A stretch of DNA of 64,000 nucleotides from a virus. Within the stretch, counting starts at the first letter, position 1. The number at the start of each line of letters is the position of its first letter. Both the position numbers and the translations under genes were made by a program. The notes beneath the pieces are model-generated. The model made no database searches and was not told where the DNA came from. It saw only the letters and a program-made list of their open reading frames with translations. The stretch lies in the IMG/VR virus record IMGVR_UViG_3300042261_001309, positions 32,001 through 96,000 of that record; one strand, 5' to 3'. This document shows, in pieces, positions 18,550 to 27,973 of the stretch.

Positions 18550-19308
18550 TTAAATAACAGGCTGAGTTTCAGTACCTAAACTACGTAGGCGGGAAAGACG
18601 AGCCTGCACTTTGCTTTTGAATACCAATGATTTATCTGCTGGTGTGGTTTTATTTGCTAATGCCGCCACAGTGAATTTATTAACCGCTAAATTCCAGCGA
18701 TTCTTTACATTTGAAATTTCACGCGCAATACCTTGTGGTGAATCACTAAAATCGATTGCTTGTCTTAATCGATAATCCAGATTGCCTATATATGCATCCA
18801 CATTAGAAGCTGTTCGGCTTAACTCACGTGGAATAGCTAATTCATTGTGTGCAAACCGAGGATTGTTATTCCAAGGGATGCTGTTTTCCACCATAAACAG
18901 ATTGATAGCTCTTAACGCTTCTGGATTCATGTGTGGAATAATCGCCAAATCTACCCGGCTTAATTTAACCAAATCATTTAACGTAGCTATTCCATAACGT
19001 TTTAATGCAGCAATAATACGGCCGTTACAATGCTTATTAACATCAAATACGAAGTTTGATATAGGCCTAGTTAAATCAGGTGTAACTCGTAATTCATCGT
19101 CGTTGGCCTTCATGTACTCCTGCATTTCTCTACAGGTATCTTTAATTTTACGTACATGCTTTAGCACGATTGATTTTTTAAACTCCGATAACTCATGCTT
19201 AGCTGCGTAATCTCTGGCCAACTGTAAGTCGATCTGACAATTAGTTAATTCCGCTGTAAGATCTGTAGCCATTGAAAACAATTCTAACTGGGTTGGTGTA
19301 TCACTCAT
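18550..19308 (-). CDS. Protein with RNA polymerase alpha-CTD-like HhH domain
   Basis: RIIAALKRYGIATLNDLVKLSRVDLAIIPHMNPEALRAI resembles the alpha-CTD pattern RxxNxLxxxxIxTxxDLxxxSxxxLxxxxNxGxxSxxEI. Confidence 0.6.
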   Translation of the reverse strand: MSDTPTQLELFSMATDLTAELTNCQIDLQLARDYAAKHELSEFKKSIVLKHVRKIKDTCREMQEYMKANDDELRVTPDLTRPISNFVFDVNKHCNGRIIAALKRYGIATLNDLVKLSRVDLAIIPHMNPEALRAINLFMVENSIPWNNNPRFAHNELAIPRELSRTASNVDAYIGNLDYRLRQAIDFSDSPQGIAREISNVKNRWNLAVNKFTVAALANKTTPADKSLVFKSKVQARLSRLRSLGTETQPVI

Positions 19309-19652
19309 AGGAGAGGTTTGGTTGTTATTTGATGATTAAGCTGTTTTTCTTTGTTAATTTTAGCTGTCGTAAGCTCAGCGTATTGAGGATGTAAACCTAA
19401 GGCTAATTCACTTATATGCATTAAACCAATATGCTGCTGTAGTTCTTTTGGATCCGCTGTACCTAAGCCTACGTTGTATTCATAAACAGTTTTACGAAAC
19501 TTTTCTACTTGAGCTTCAACCGCAGCAATTACGTTGTTTAAATGCGCTAAGTGAATTTCATCTATTTTAACGTATTTAGCTTTTGATTTACTGTAATAAT
19601 AACCGGGCTGATATTGTGTAAATGCCGGCAGAATGGGATATTTAATTTCCAT
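19305..19652 (-). CDS. Hypothetical protein
   Basis: 115-aa ORF in a tightly packed operon. Confidence 0.7.
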   Translation of the reverse strand: MEIKYPILPAFTQYQPGYYYSKSKAKYVKIDEIHLAHLNNVIAAVEAQVEKFRKTVYEYNVGLGTADPKELQQHIGLMHISELALGLHPQYAELTTAKINKEKQLNHQITTKPLL

Positions 19653-19654
19653 AT

Positions 19655-20059
19655 TTAAGGTTTGATAGGCAAAACTTCAAATTCGCCTTTTCTGTTTGTG
19701 TACCATATCGTATCGACTTGATAATGTTCCAGCATACGCTGGCAGCCCTCACAAGGCTTAGACATGGCTAGTTGCCCGTTATTGTCCACCCGGATAACCA
19801 CTAATTCATAACCTTTATACGATGCCTTATTGCCCTTTAAACAAGCCTTGAATTCAGCATGTGTGCCTTGCGCTTGGGGATACCTATAGGCGAATTTAAG
19901 ATTATCCGGGTGGGTCTTAGTATTGTTTATTCCAATAGCGACTATTTTATTTTTACGTAGTAGAAAGGCTTGGTGCTTGCACCTATGAGAAGCCTGGGTA
20001 TTTTTTGAAGCATAAGCCAACGAGATTTTAGCCAAGTTCGCCAATGTCTCTTTTTTCAT
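19655..20059 (-). CDS. Zinc-dependent cytidine/dCMP deaminase-family protein
   Basis: HAE and SKPCEGC motifs. Confidence 0.85.
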   Translation of the reverse strand: MKKETLANLAKISLAYASKNTQASHRCKHQAFLLRKNKIVAIGINNTKTHPDNLKFAYRYPQAQGTHAEFKACLKGNKASYKGYELVVIRVDNNGQLAMSKPCEGCQRMLEHYQVDTIWYTNRKGEFEVLPIKP

Positions 20060-20871
20060 TTAGATTTAGGCGGCACCGGCGTAATAACCGCTTTTTCTGG
20101 AGAACAACCACGTCGCAAACGCCCGCGAATAGTGTGCGTTGAAATGCCTGTTCGTTTACTCCAACCTGTAATAGACAACGTTACACCATCAACTGTGATA
20201 TTGCGGGCGTGCGGATCTGGGCTATTAGGCCGTCTAGTTACATTCGCGGGAGTAGCTAACGCTTCTTCTGGCGCCCAGCCGTTAGCTATTCTTCTAGCTA
20301 TTTGATTACTTGTAAGCCCTGTCCTTCTGGACCATTCGGCAATAATGCGTGTTTCTCCGTTAGCTGTGATATTTATATTGCGCCTAGTATTGGCAGTTTG
20401 AACACTTCGGTTAGCCCATCTGCAATTTTCTGGTGAATAATCCTTCTCGTTATCGACACGATCGAGAGTTAATCCCAAAACAAACGATGAAAACATATCC
20501 GTCACGAAATTTTCAAATCCTGACAGACCTTGCCATCTGGCACAAACAGTAATACCCCTGCCGCCGTAATGGTGATAATCTGTGTTATTTTTATCGAAAC
20601 ACCGCGATAACATGCTGTGATAAGCTCGATAAAACTTATATTTATGCTTATTTTTTTTAGACAAAAAGCCGTGTTTTCTGTTGGCTGTAAATCTTAGACA
20701 ACCGCAGGATTTTGTTGTTCCACGCAGCAAGTTGTGCCCATAGATTTCTTTTGTATTGCCACAATCACAAACACAGAGATATCTTGTATTTCTATTTATA
20801 TTGGCTGCGCGGTTGAGCACGATTAAACGCCCAAACCGTTGTCCTTCTAATTTATTTAAGCTTACTTCCAT
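20056..20871 (-). CDS. Free-standing HNH-type homing endonuclease
   Basis: CVCDCG, SCGC, YGGRGITVC.RW and TLDRVDN..DYSPENCRWA motifs; two C-terminal HTH-like repeats. Confidence 0.85.
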   Translation of the reverse strand: MEVSLNKLEGQRFGRLIVLNRAANINRNTRYLCVCDCGNTKEIYGHNLLRGTTKSCGCLRFTANRKHGFLSKKNKHKYKFYRAYHSMLSRCFDKNNTDYHHYGGRGITVCARWQGLSGFENFVTDMFSSFVLGLTLDRVDNEKDYSPENCRWANRSVQTANTRRNINITANGETRIIAEWSRRTGLTSNQIARRIANGWAPEEALATPANVTRRPNSPDPHARNITVDGVTLSITGWSKRTGISTHTIRGRLRRGCSPEKAVITPVPPKSK

Positions 20872-23621
20872 ATCCAGGAGGCGCTATCAAAGCACCACTT
20901 AGTTTCACCGGCGAAGATTTTTTCCTTACCTTTCCAACAGGTTGTGGCAATCATTTCCATGCCCAATGTAGTCCCCGTGGGAAGCTTACAATGTTCAGTA
21001 ATGAAATACTTAACCAAACTTGGAAAATAGTTATCTCTAAATAAGTCTTTGTTTACGCACCATTGTATGTCGTCATGAACCGTATTAAGTGCGAACACTT
21101 TGGTCATCCATAATTTTTGCTTCTGCAATTCTTTTTTAATACAAATGCATATATCCCAAAACAACTGAGCTAACACACTGGCGATACACCAAGCTAAGGC
21201 GGTATTATACTGTGCAGATTTAACCCCAATATTTGCGGATGGCTCAAAATAAAATCGAGTTCCGTAAATATTATCCACATACTTATTACGATCTACACTA
21301 TCCTTAACGCTCTTTCTGAAAGCCATATATTGCTTATAGTGCTCCCAAGTCGTTAAAGCGTAAGATATGTCTTCTAATGGAATTAAGAAACCTGACTCTG
21401 AAAATATCTCAGCTTGAATAGGCACTACTGCTGATTGTAACTCAGCAGTATAAGCTACTCTAAACGTAATACCTTTTGCTGAAACATAACGAGATGTGTC
21501 GTCTTTAGTTAATTTATTGTTCTTAAAATACGTCTGCATCTTTTTAAGGTGAAAATCTCCCAATAGCATATCCGTGATATAATCCTTATCCTGTGACACA
21601 TAAGCAGCAATCATTAAATCGCTACCGGCTAAGTCAACCGAGGTATAAGCATAATTAGGATCACCTGTGTAAAAAATATTACGTATGTTAGCCGGTATTT
21701 TATCGGCAAACTGTTTTTGCTGTTCTTTCGATAATGTCGTATAACCCGGCACAAATATGTTGGGAATATGTGCCAACACTTTGGAGGCTGGATTCTGGAT
21801 GTTCGGCCTAGAGCTGCTTCTAAAGTTATCTAAACACTCGTAGAAATCTGCGTGTATTCGATTATCTTTAGTTAAGGCAGCCCAATAACTTTGCTTAATA
21901 GGTTCATCCTCTTCATCTTCTTCCGTATCTTCATAATTTGCCGTCTCGAAAGGTGTGCCACGTTGATTTAGGAATTTATTAGCGAATACACCTACCCTGT
22001 TCATATCCAATAAGATAGAAACAATTTTTAGTGCATCTGCTTGCGCTTCGGTAGGCTCGGCAGATAATTGATACTTTAATGTGCTAAGCGACTTATTATT
22101 AGATGAAGGCGCGTAATTCATCGCTGAAGGCTTTTTAGGCTTCTTCATATTTTCGAAATACGCTTTAGACTTAATCTTGCCACCCTTAGTGTAATAAGGC
22201 GGAGTAAGCTTTAACTTATCATATAGCAATGCCCGCTTATCTAACGCTGACGCTGGATTAAAGGATTCCAGGTATTTTGGTACAACCAAGGCTTCCAGCT
22301 GTTGATGCAACTCGGCGTATTTACCTTGATATTTTTCAGTGAGATCCTTAAGCAACGGCATATCAATTGGCACTCCCGTATTCTCAAGGTCTATGAAGTA
22401 ATTGCTAAGAGGTAAAAACGTATCCTTATAAAATGATTGCACTTTAATTGGTAAACGTTTCATCTTCTCCCGCATCGTCACACAGGCCGCATAATGTGCC
22501 ACAGCATCACCAGCGCAGTATTCATAAAATACTTCCGGTTCCTTATACTTGAGCATACATAAATCGCACTTGGCAATTTTATGCTCAGCTAGCTTTAAAT
22601 AGAACGGAACGTAATACGGCCGATAATCTGTGAACAACCTAATACCTGTTTCCAGCCCTTTACTATACCTCGAATCAATAAACCCCATGGCTTTCATACC
22701 GTCAAAAGCCAAGGTATGTTCAGGTAGATTAAAGCCACGTCGAATAAGCCGTTTATCGTCGACTTTGATATTCCAGCCCATTCGTTGAGCGTTTGGATGC
22801 TCAAACAACGGCTTTAATGTATTTAATAATTCTAGGTTTTCAACATTACCGTTACCCACCAAGTCTAAAACAACGGCGTGATGTGGCTCACAACAATACT
22901 GCATTGTACAAAGAATTTCAGTATCATCGTAAAGCCTTCCATCAGTAAACCATTCCCCATCGTAACCGACAGTCAACAAGCCACGAGCAATATAAGAATC
23001 TACAAGCTCTTTGCTTCTGGCTGGATCAGTTACGACTTCCCATGTGTAATCTGTGTAATGTAGCTCATCTCGAATGTATCGCTTAGCTATCTCAAATATA
23101 TCTCTAAACAATGGCCGAACCGAAGGATCCTGATTAACCAGCATCCCAATGGAATAATTAGGTATTATTTTACCGTAAGGGCTATCAATAACCTCGCCTA
23201 AGTAATCCCCCATCTTGGCGTTCTTTTTTATTACCCGTTTAAACGCTTCAGATCCCAACGGCATTATCAGCTTAGGTTTTACCATTTCCACCTCAAAGTC
23301 GAAAAGTGGTGCACACTCTTCAATCATTTCTTTAGATGGTTTTGGTGATCGCCCAATACTATATTTAACCATCGAAGTGACAATCACATCATTTCTGGTT
23401 AATCCTGCTGACGCTAAGGCATTATCAAATTCATCAGCATAATCACCTTCTTCCAACAATTTGCCATTTTCCAAGTCTTCGTGACCGGGGTGCGATAGCA
23501 CAATCATTAATGGCGCCGATATATTTTTCCAACAACCCATCCAGCTACGCCCATTAACGTGCTTGGTGGTGAATAAGTCATCTACAGTACTAAGTATTAA
23601 CGGTAAGTCCATTTGCTGCAA
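20862..23621 (-). CDS. polA: Family A DNA polymerase with N-terminal UDG-like domain and 3'-5' exonuclease
   Basis: UDG4-like N-terminus (ECAP..EVEMVKPKLIMPLG); exonuclease motifs YDGE, WNIKVD and YCAGD; polymerase motifs PNIQN, A (DLAGSDL), B (AKGITF..AY) and C (VHDD). Confidence 0.9.
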   Translation of the reverse strand: MQQMDLPLILSTVDDLFTTKHVNGRSWMGCWKNISAPLMIVLSHPGHEDLENGKLLEEGDYADEFDNALASAGLTRNDVIVTSMVKYSIGRSPKPSKEMIEECAPLFDFEVEMVKPKLIMPLGSEAFKRVIKKNAKMGDYLGEVIDSPYGKIIPNYSIGMLVNQDPSVRPLFRDIFEIAKRYIRDELHYTDYTWEVVTDPARSKELVDSYIARGLLTVGYDGEWFTDGRLYDDTEILCTMQYCCEPHHAVVLDLVGNGNVENLELLNTLKPLFEHPNAQRMGWNIKVDDKRLIRRGFNLPEHTLAFDGMKAMGFIDSRYSKGLETGIRLFTDYRPYYVPFYLKLAEHKIAKCDLCMLKYKEPEVFYEYCAGDAVAHYAACVTMREKMKRLPIKVQSFYKDTFLPLSNYFIDLENTGVPIDMPLLKDLTEKYQGKYAELHQQLEALVVPKYLESFNPASALDKRALLYDKLKLTPPYYTKGGKIKSKAYFENMKKPKKPSAMNYAPSSNNKSLSTLKYQLSAEPTEAQADALKIVSILLDMNRVGVFANKFLNQRGTPFETANYEDTEEDEEDEPIKQSYWAALTKDNRIHADFYECLDNFRSSSRPNIQNPASKVLAHIPNIFVPGYTTLSKEQQKQFADKIPANIRNIFYTGDPNYAYTSVDLAGSDLMIAAYVSQDKDYITDMLLGDFHLKKMQTYFKNNKLTKDDTSRYVSAKGITFRVAYTAELQSAVVPIQAEIFSESGFLIPLEDISYALTTWEHYKQYMAFRKSVKDSVDRNKYVDNIYGTRFYFEPSANIGVKSAQYNTALAWCIASVLAQLFWDICICIKKELQKQKLWMTKVFALNTVHDDIQWCVNKDLFRDNYFPSLVKYFITEHCKLPTGTTLGMEMIATTCWKGKEKIFAGETKWCFDSASWIWK

Positions 23622-25140
23622 ACCTTTCAGTTACACCGTCAATCATAGCACTGACTGTTACCGGTGGTTTATATTGTGGAGGACCTGCAAGCTGATCTAC
23701 TTTTTTAGAAACAGCCAACACTCTACTAACATCAGCTGTATGTGGTTGCACAATAGTTGTTTCTTCCTTTGGCCTTCTCGCCTCTGATATAGGAGAAGTC
23801 ATTGTGTTATCCTGCGTAGCCCCGCCTAGCTGATCCGGTGGTTCGCTGATCGTCATGAATTCCAATTCAGCTTGAAACCTTAATTCGAAGTTTTTTGCAT
23901 GGCGACATTTTAACGAGAATATAACGCATTCGTCAGCTGTCAGTTTTTCCCTACCCAAACAAAAAACATTATCTGCTTTTTGAATAATCCCCTTATAGCC
24001 TTGTAAGTCCGACGCATTATATCTCGCTTTAGGACTGCCTTTTGCCTGATGCAATACCCATAACCCAAACCGCTTATCAGCCACCGTTTTATGCGACAAC
24101 TGATCCAGTTCTTCTGAAGTTATTCTATCCTTATCCCAAGCTGCATCTTTTGCATTGGCAATATTAGGTTGAACAAACTGAAACTGATCAACGATTACCA
24201 AGTCAGGTAAAAAACCATCTTTTTCATGGTGATCCACCAGCCGGGTATACAATTGATCACAGGTTAACATACCAATGCCAACCAAGCTATCTACGGCTAA
24301 GTTTTGTTTTAATGCTGAACTAGCTACTGGATCGAGGGTGTCCCACCTTTCAGTAAGTTCCATATTGGCGTTACCATTATGCAATAACGTATATTGAATT
24401 CGATATGCTCGCGCATAAAACCGATTTACGACATTGTGTACAGTATCCTCCATGGAAAAGTAAGTAACCTTCTTTCCAAGCAATACGGCGTTATAAGCCA
24501 AGTTCACAGCCAAAGCTGTTTTACCTGCACCAGAATGCCCGATTAATAAACCGTATTCTCCATAGCCTAAACCACCGCCTAAAATAGTATCCAGTGACGG
24601 ATAGCCTGTAGGCACCATAGTGTAAATAGGCTTTTCCAATAAACTGCGAAATGGATATACCCGTTCCGCAGGCTGAGACCAATCGTCTTTATTAACCTCG
24701 TTATTTACCTTTGAGACTTCAACAGCGAGCTGGTCTAGATCGTTTTCATACTTGTGCTTAACCCGCTGATGCCGTCGATGTTTTATAAACGGCTTAAACT
24801 CAGCCAAGAAAAACACCAAGTTTAACTCATCGAGTTTTGTATACAGCTCAACCACTAACGGTATGAGTTGTTCGATCAGTTGAATAAACGCTGGGCTATC
24901 GTCCATCTCCAAACGCAGATACTCGATCAATAAATTCTGCTGAATTGGAACAGAGCCTATTTTAAGTATGGTGTCTACCAACACCTTATACTTACGTAGA
25001 CCAAATACGTCATCCGTAATGAAGTCATCGCCGGTGACAGTTAAGTCACGCGCTCGTTTGAGCATTTCTGGACAATGAAGCAGATGTTTGATTAATCCAT
25101 CAATAAAAGCTGAACTGTCATAAATAGTGGCCATGCTCAA
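23590..25140 (-). CDS. dnaB: DnaB-like replicative helicase
   Basis: PTGY..LD, Walker A GHSGAGKT, FSME, VIVDQFQ, HQ, ADNV and KCRH motifs. Confidence 0.88.
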   Translation of the reverse strand: MSMATIYDSSAFIDGLIKHLLHCPEMLKRARDLTVTGDDFITDDVFGLRKYKVLVDTILKIGSVPIQQNLLIEYLRLEMDDSPAFIQLIEQLIPLVVELYTKLDELNLVFFLAEFKPFIKHRRHQRVKHKYENDLDQLAVEVSKVNNEVNKDDWSQPAERVYPFRSLLEKPIYTMVPTGYPSLDTILGGGLGYGEYGLLIGHSGAGKTALAVNLAYNAVLLGKKVTYFSMEDTVHNVVNRFYARAYRIQYTLLHNGNANMELTERWDTLDPVASSALKQNLAVDSLVGIGMLTCDQLYTRLVDHHEKDGFLPDLVIVDQFQFVQPNIANAKDAAWDKDRITSEELDQLSHKTVADKRFGLWVLHQAKGSPKARYNASDLQGYKGIIQKADNVFCLGREKLTADECVIFSLKCRHAKNFELRFQAELEFMTISEPPDQLGGATQDNTMTSPISEARRPKEETTIVQPHTADVSRVLAVSKKVDQLAGPPQYKPPVTVSAMIDGVTERFAANGLTVNT

Positions 25141-25664
25141 TGCGTTACGCGGGCTATATCAAACTGCTTTGCTTTAAAAAATGCAACAAATTTCGCAACT
25201 TGCATATAATCAGCCGCCGACTCTCCGTATTTTTCTATAACTGCCGGAATTGGATTATCGGATACAAATATCCGAAACCAGGGTTTGAAGTTATAGTGAT
25301 CATCGAGCAATACTTCCTCTACATTTCGACCTGTGTCCAAGACACACTGTAGATAGCTAATTTGAACTTTGTATTGCATCTCGAGATCGTTAAATTTACC
25401 GGCATTCCATTTTTCCAACCAAAAAGAGTACGCAGAAGCGGCAAGTGTGTTGGCAAAAAACTCAGGGGTGGTCCTATAAAGCCAACACATTTCCACGTAA
25501 TCTTCCGGAGCCATCTCCAGCTTAAGGCATCTTTCAGCCGCCAATTGAAAGAAATGCTCGTCAACTGCTCTTACTTTCGCAAAGGGCACCGTTTTCCTGC
25601 GCCGTCTAATATAAGCTTTTTTTAACCTGTCTACCACCTCCTCTTTTTCTGTTTGACCTTTCAT
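25137..25664 (-). CDS. Hypothetical protein upstream of the helicase
   Basis: ATG at 25664 preceded by GAAAGGA; ATGA overlap with the helicase. Confidence 0.65.
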   Translation of the reverse strand: MKGQTEKEEVVDRLKKAYIRRRRKTVPFAKVRAVDEHFFQLAAERCLKLEMAPEDYVEMCWLYRTTPEFFANTLAASAYSFWLEKWNAGKFNDLEMQYKVQISYLQCVLDTGRNVEEVLLDDHYNFKPWFRIFVSDNPIPAVIEKYGESAADYMQVAKFVAFFKAKQFDIARVTH

Positions 25665-25824
25665 ACTGTCCTTTCGATAGTCTAATGCAGTAACGTAAAA
25701 CCAACCGCAAACGTGAAGCAACCAACAGGTAATTGTACGTACGCAAATAAAACAGGTAGGCTTGTGCTTAAATACGCCAATTCAGATAAATCTTCAAATG
25801 CGTATCTAGATGTGAGCATAGCTG

Positions 25825-26379
25825 TTAAAACCTATAATATTTAACTCCGGCTATTTCAGCTTGAGTTAATTGTACGATTTGTTGTGTTTGCGGTTCATAG
25901 AATATAATCTTATAGCCTGTTTGGTCGTCCCACACCATGGCCACGTTAATTGCATGTACACCTCCTCTGGCTAGCGAAGCATACCAAATCTCACCTACCG
26001 CTAAGGCGGTTTTTTTATTTTTCTGTGGCGTATTGTGATGCAATATTTGCGCAAAAGCGAAAGCCAAGGTACTGAAGTTATCGCAGTCGTTTTCCGTTGC
26101 TACGTAAGTGGCGGATTTAAACGACGTTAAAAACCGATATAGTGATTCCGAATATTCATTAGCCAACCAATGCTCACTAGGCAAAGCGTATACGTCGTCA
26201 GCAAAAAATGAATTAGGTGTAGTAACACCTAAGCTTTCCAACATTGCGGCTATTTCTACCGCTTCAACCGTGTGCTTAATAGTAGGACTAGGCGCGTTTT
26301 TACTGCAACTAGTAACTAACCAGGCATGTGCCACTATCACAGCCAAATATACGGGCAACCATTTAATCCATTTTTTCAT
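25825..26379 (-). CDS. Lipoprotein with papain/transglutaminase-like Cys-His-Glu domain (MOA/agglutinin C-terminal type)
   Basis: Signal peptide with VTSC; DCDNF, HAIN and YEPQ motifs. Confidence 0.65.
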   Translation of the reverse strand: MKKWIKWLPVYLAVIVAHAWLVTSCSKNAPSPTIKHTVEAVEIAAMLESLGVTTPNSFFADDVYALPSEHWLANEYSESLYRFLTSFKSATYVATENDCDNFSTLAFAFAQILHHNTPQKNKKTALAVGEIWYASLARGGVHAINVAMVWDDQTGYKIIFYEPQTQQIVQLTQAEIAGVKYYRF

Positions 26380-26380
26380 G

Positions 26381-26491
26381 TTAATTTTGAGAATAGGTTA
26401 CAGCGGGTAAATTTACTGGAGTGCTTTTATTTGTGGAAGCACAACCAGTAAGGCCTAATAGCAATAATCCGAATAATAATGTTTTAATCAT
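26381..26491 (-). CDS. Small lipoprotein, 36 aa (not in ORF track)
   Basis: MIKTLLFGLLLLGLTGCASTNKSTPVNLPAVTYSQN with LTGC lipobox; fills the gap between two genes exactly. Confidence 0.6.
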   Translation of the reverse strand: MIKTLLFGLLLLGLTGCASTNKSTPVNLPAVTYSQN

Positions 26492-27401
26492 ATTTTAATG
26501 CCCATTCTTTTGAAATAATCTCCACCAGTTGTTCCGTAGTGGCTTCGTCTGGGGAGGGAAGGTTATACTTACGAAGATCCACATTAACACAGTTTCGATC
26601 GTTATGGCTAATCATTTTCGCCATGTACGCCGCTTCATCTTGTGTAGCGTCTTCAGCATCAAGCATTATCGCGATATTTTTCCATTCCTGTACAAGTTGA
26701 ATTTGAATGTCTGATAAGCCTTTTCCGAAGGTCGCTACCGCGTTATCCAATTTAAGCGCTTTCTTAACTCCTTCCACAACAACCACTAAATCGAATTTTT
26801 TAGCTTTGTCGTAGTTGTATAAACAGGCGCCCTTATTGAACAGATGATAATACTTTAAACAATCTGCGCGATCTCCGTAAACAGTGCCTGGCAAAGACCG
26901 CATTTGCCAACCAATGAACTCGCCTTTATAAATTACTGGGAATACTAAACGTTCTGCCGAAGAAACAAAAGGATCAGCTCTACGTAAAACTAATCCACCA
27001 TCACCGGGGCAGAACAGCATATGATAGTCGTTGTAATATTTATCCAAATCGAATAAATGATCTTTATGTAGAAACTTCACCGCTGGGTGATTAGTGGGTA
27101 ATTGGTTTATTGGAATAAATTTAGTACCCGGTAATTGCCTGGCTAATGGATTTTCTTTCTTTTCTTCTTTAATTAATGTATCCGTTTTGGTCGGTATCAG
27201 TAGTTCACCAAACAATGCCGCACTATCCAGCGGAGTTTCACAGATCCAACAATTAGAATAGTAAGTTGTTAGATTCATGAAACGTTTGCGTTTCTTACGG
27301 TTTTTTACAGTACAGCTAGGACAGTTGAAATAGACAAAGTTACCGTAAACCTTCGCCTTGCCGTACCTAGACTCGATTTTTTTAACTATGTCTTGTGTCA
27401 T
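26484..27401 (-). CDS. DNA primase (Zn ribbon + TOPRIM)
   Basis: CPSC..CWIC, RLVFP, GWQMR, LYNYD, VVEG and LDAED motifs; likely start MTQD at 27401. Confidence 0.85.
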   Translation of the reverse strand: MTQDIVKKIESRYGKAKVYGNFVYFNCPSCTVKNRKKRKRFMNLTTYYSNCWICETPLDSAALFGELLIPTKTDTLIKEEKKENPLARQLPGTKFIPINQLPTNHPAVKFLHKDHLFDLDKYYNDYHMLFCPGDGGLVLRRADPFVSSAERLVFPVIYKGEFIGWQMRSLPGTVYGDRADCLKYYHLFNKGACLYNYDKAKKFDLVVVVEGVKKALKLDNAVATFGKGLSDIQIQLVQEWKNIAIMLDAEDATQDEAAYMAKMISHNDRNCVNVDLRKYNLPSPDEATTEQLVEIISKEWALKYD

Positions 27402-27408
27402 TTTAATA

Positions 27409-27738
27409 TTATTCGCTACGAGTTGCCTCAATAGCGGCCGCAAGCTCCACTTCGAGCTGCGTTTTTTCATCTCGAAGCTTTGATACCTTTTCTTCTAATT
27501 CTTTAATTTCATCTTTGCACCCTGATAGGTCGCCCCGCAATAAGTCGATTTCCCATCGGGCATCCTCCAATCGTCTTTCAGTGTTTCGCAGTTGGTCTTG
27601 TACATCCTCTAACTCCGCCGCCTCTATCGCTGTATCTATTAAAGAGGAAGTGTCTATCAACTCTAAACCTAGACCTAACGGTTGCAACTGCTGCTCTAAA
27701 GCTTGCAAAGATCTTAATTCACTTAACGTGTAAGCCAT
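27409..27738 (-). CDS. Hypothetical coiled-coil protein
   Basis: Heptad-rich 109-aa ORF. Confidence 0.65.
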   Translation of the reverse strand: MAYTLSELRSLQALEQQLQPLGLGLELIDTSSLIDTAIEAAELEDVQDQLRNTERRLEDARWEIDLLRGDLSGCKDEIKELEEKVSKLRDEKTQLEVELAAAIEATRSE

Positions 27739-27739
27739 A

Positions 27740-27973
27740 TTAGCTCTCCGATAAGCGATAGTTTAACTCAGTTATCTGCCCAGTGGCATCTTCCCGAGCT
27801 GATTCCAAAAACGCCACTTTTTGCTCTAGGTCGGCCATTTCATCCATAGCGGATATGAGCTGGTCTACTAATAAGATAACCACAGACGTGCCTATAGGTG
27901 CGCGAGTAAATTCGTCTTTTTCAAGTACTCGCCGCATTGCTTTTAATTCGTCGTATGTTTTATTTAAGATCAT
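27740..27973 (-). CDS. Hypothetical coiled-coil protein
   Basis: 77-aa ORF in operon. Confidence 0.6.
   Translation of the reverse strand: MILNKTYDELKAMRRVLEKDEFTRAPIGTSVVILLVDQLISAMDEMADLEQKVAFLESAREDATGQITELNYRLSES

Noticed and set aside
25682-25819. Possible 45-aa minus-strand ORF MLTSRYAF...
   Set aside because: It fits the gap but has no RBS or motif support, so it was not called.
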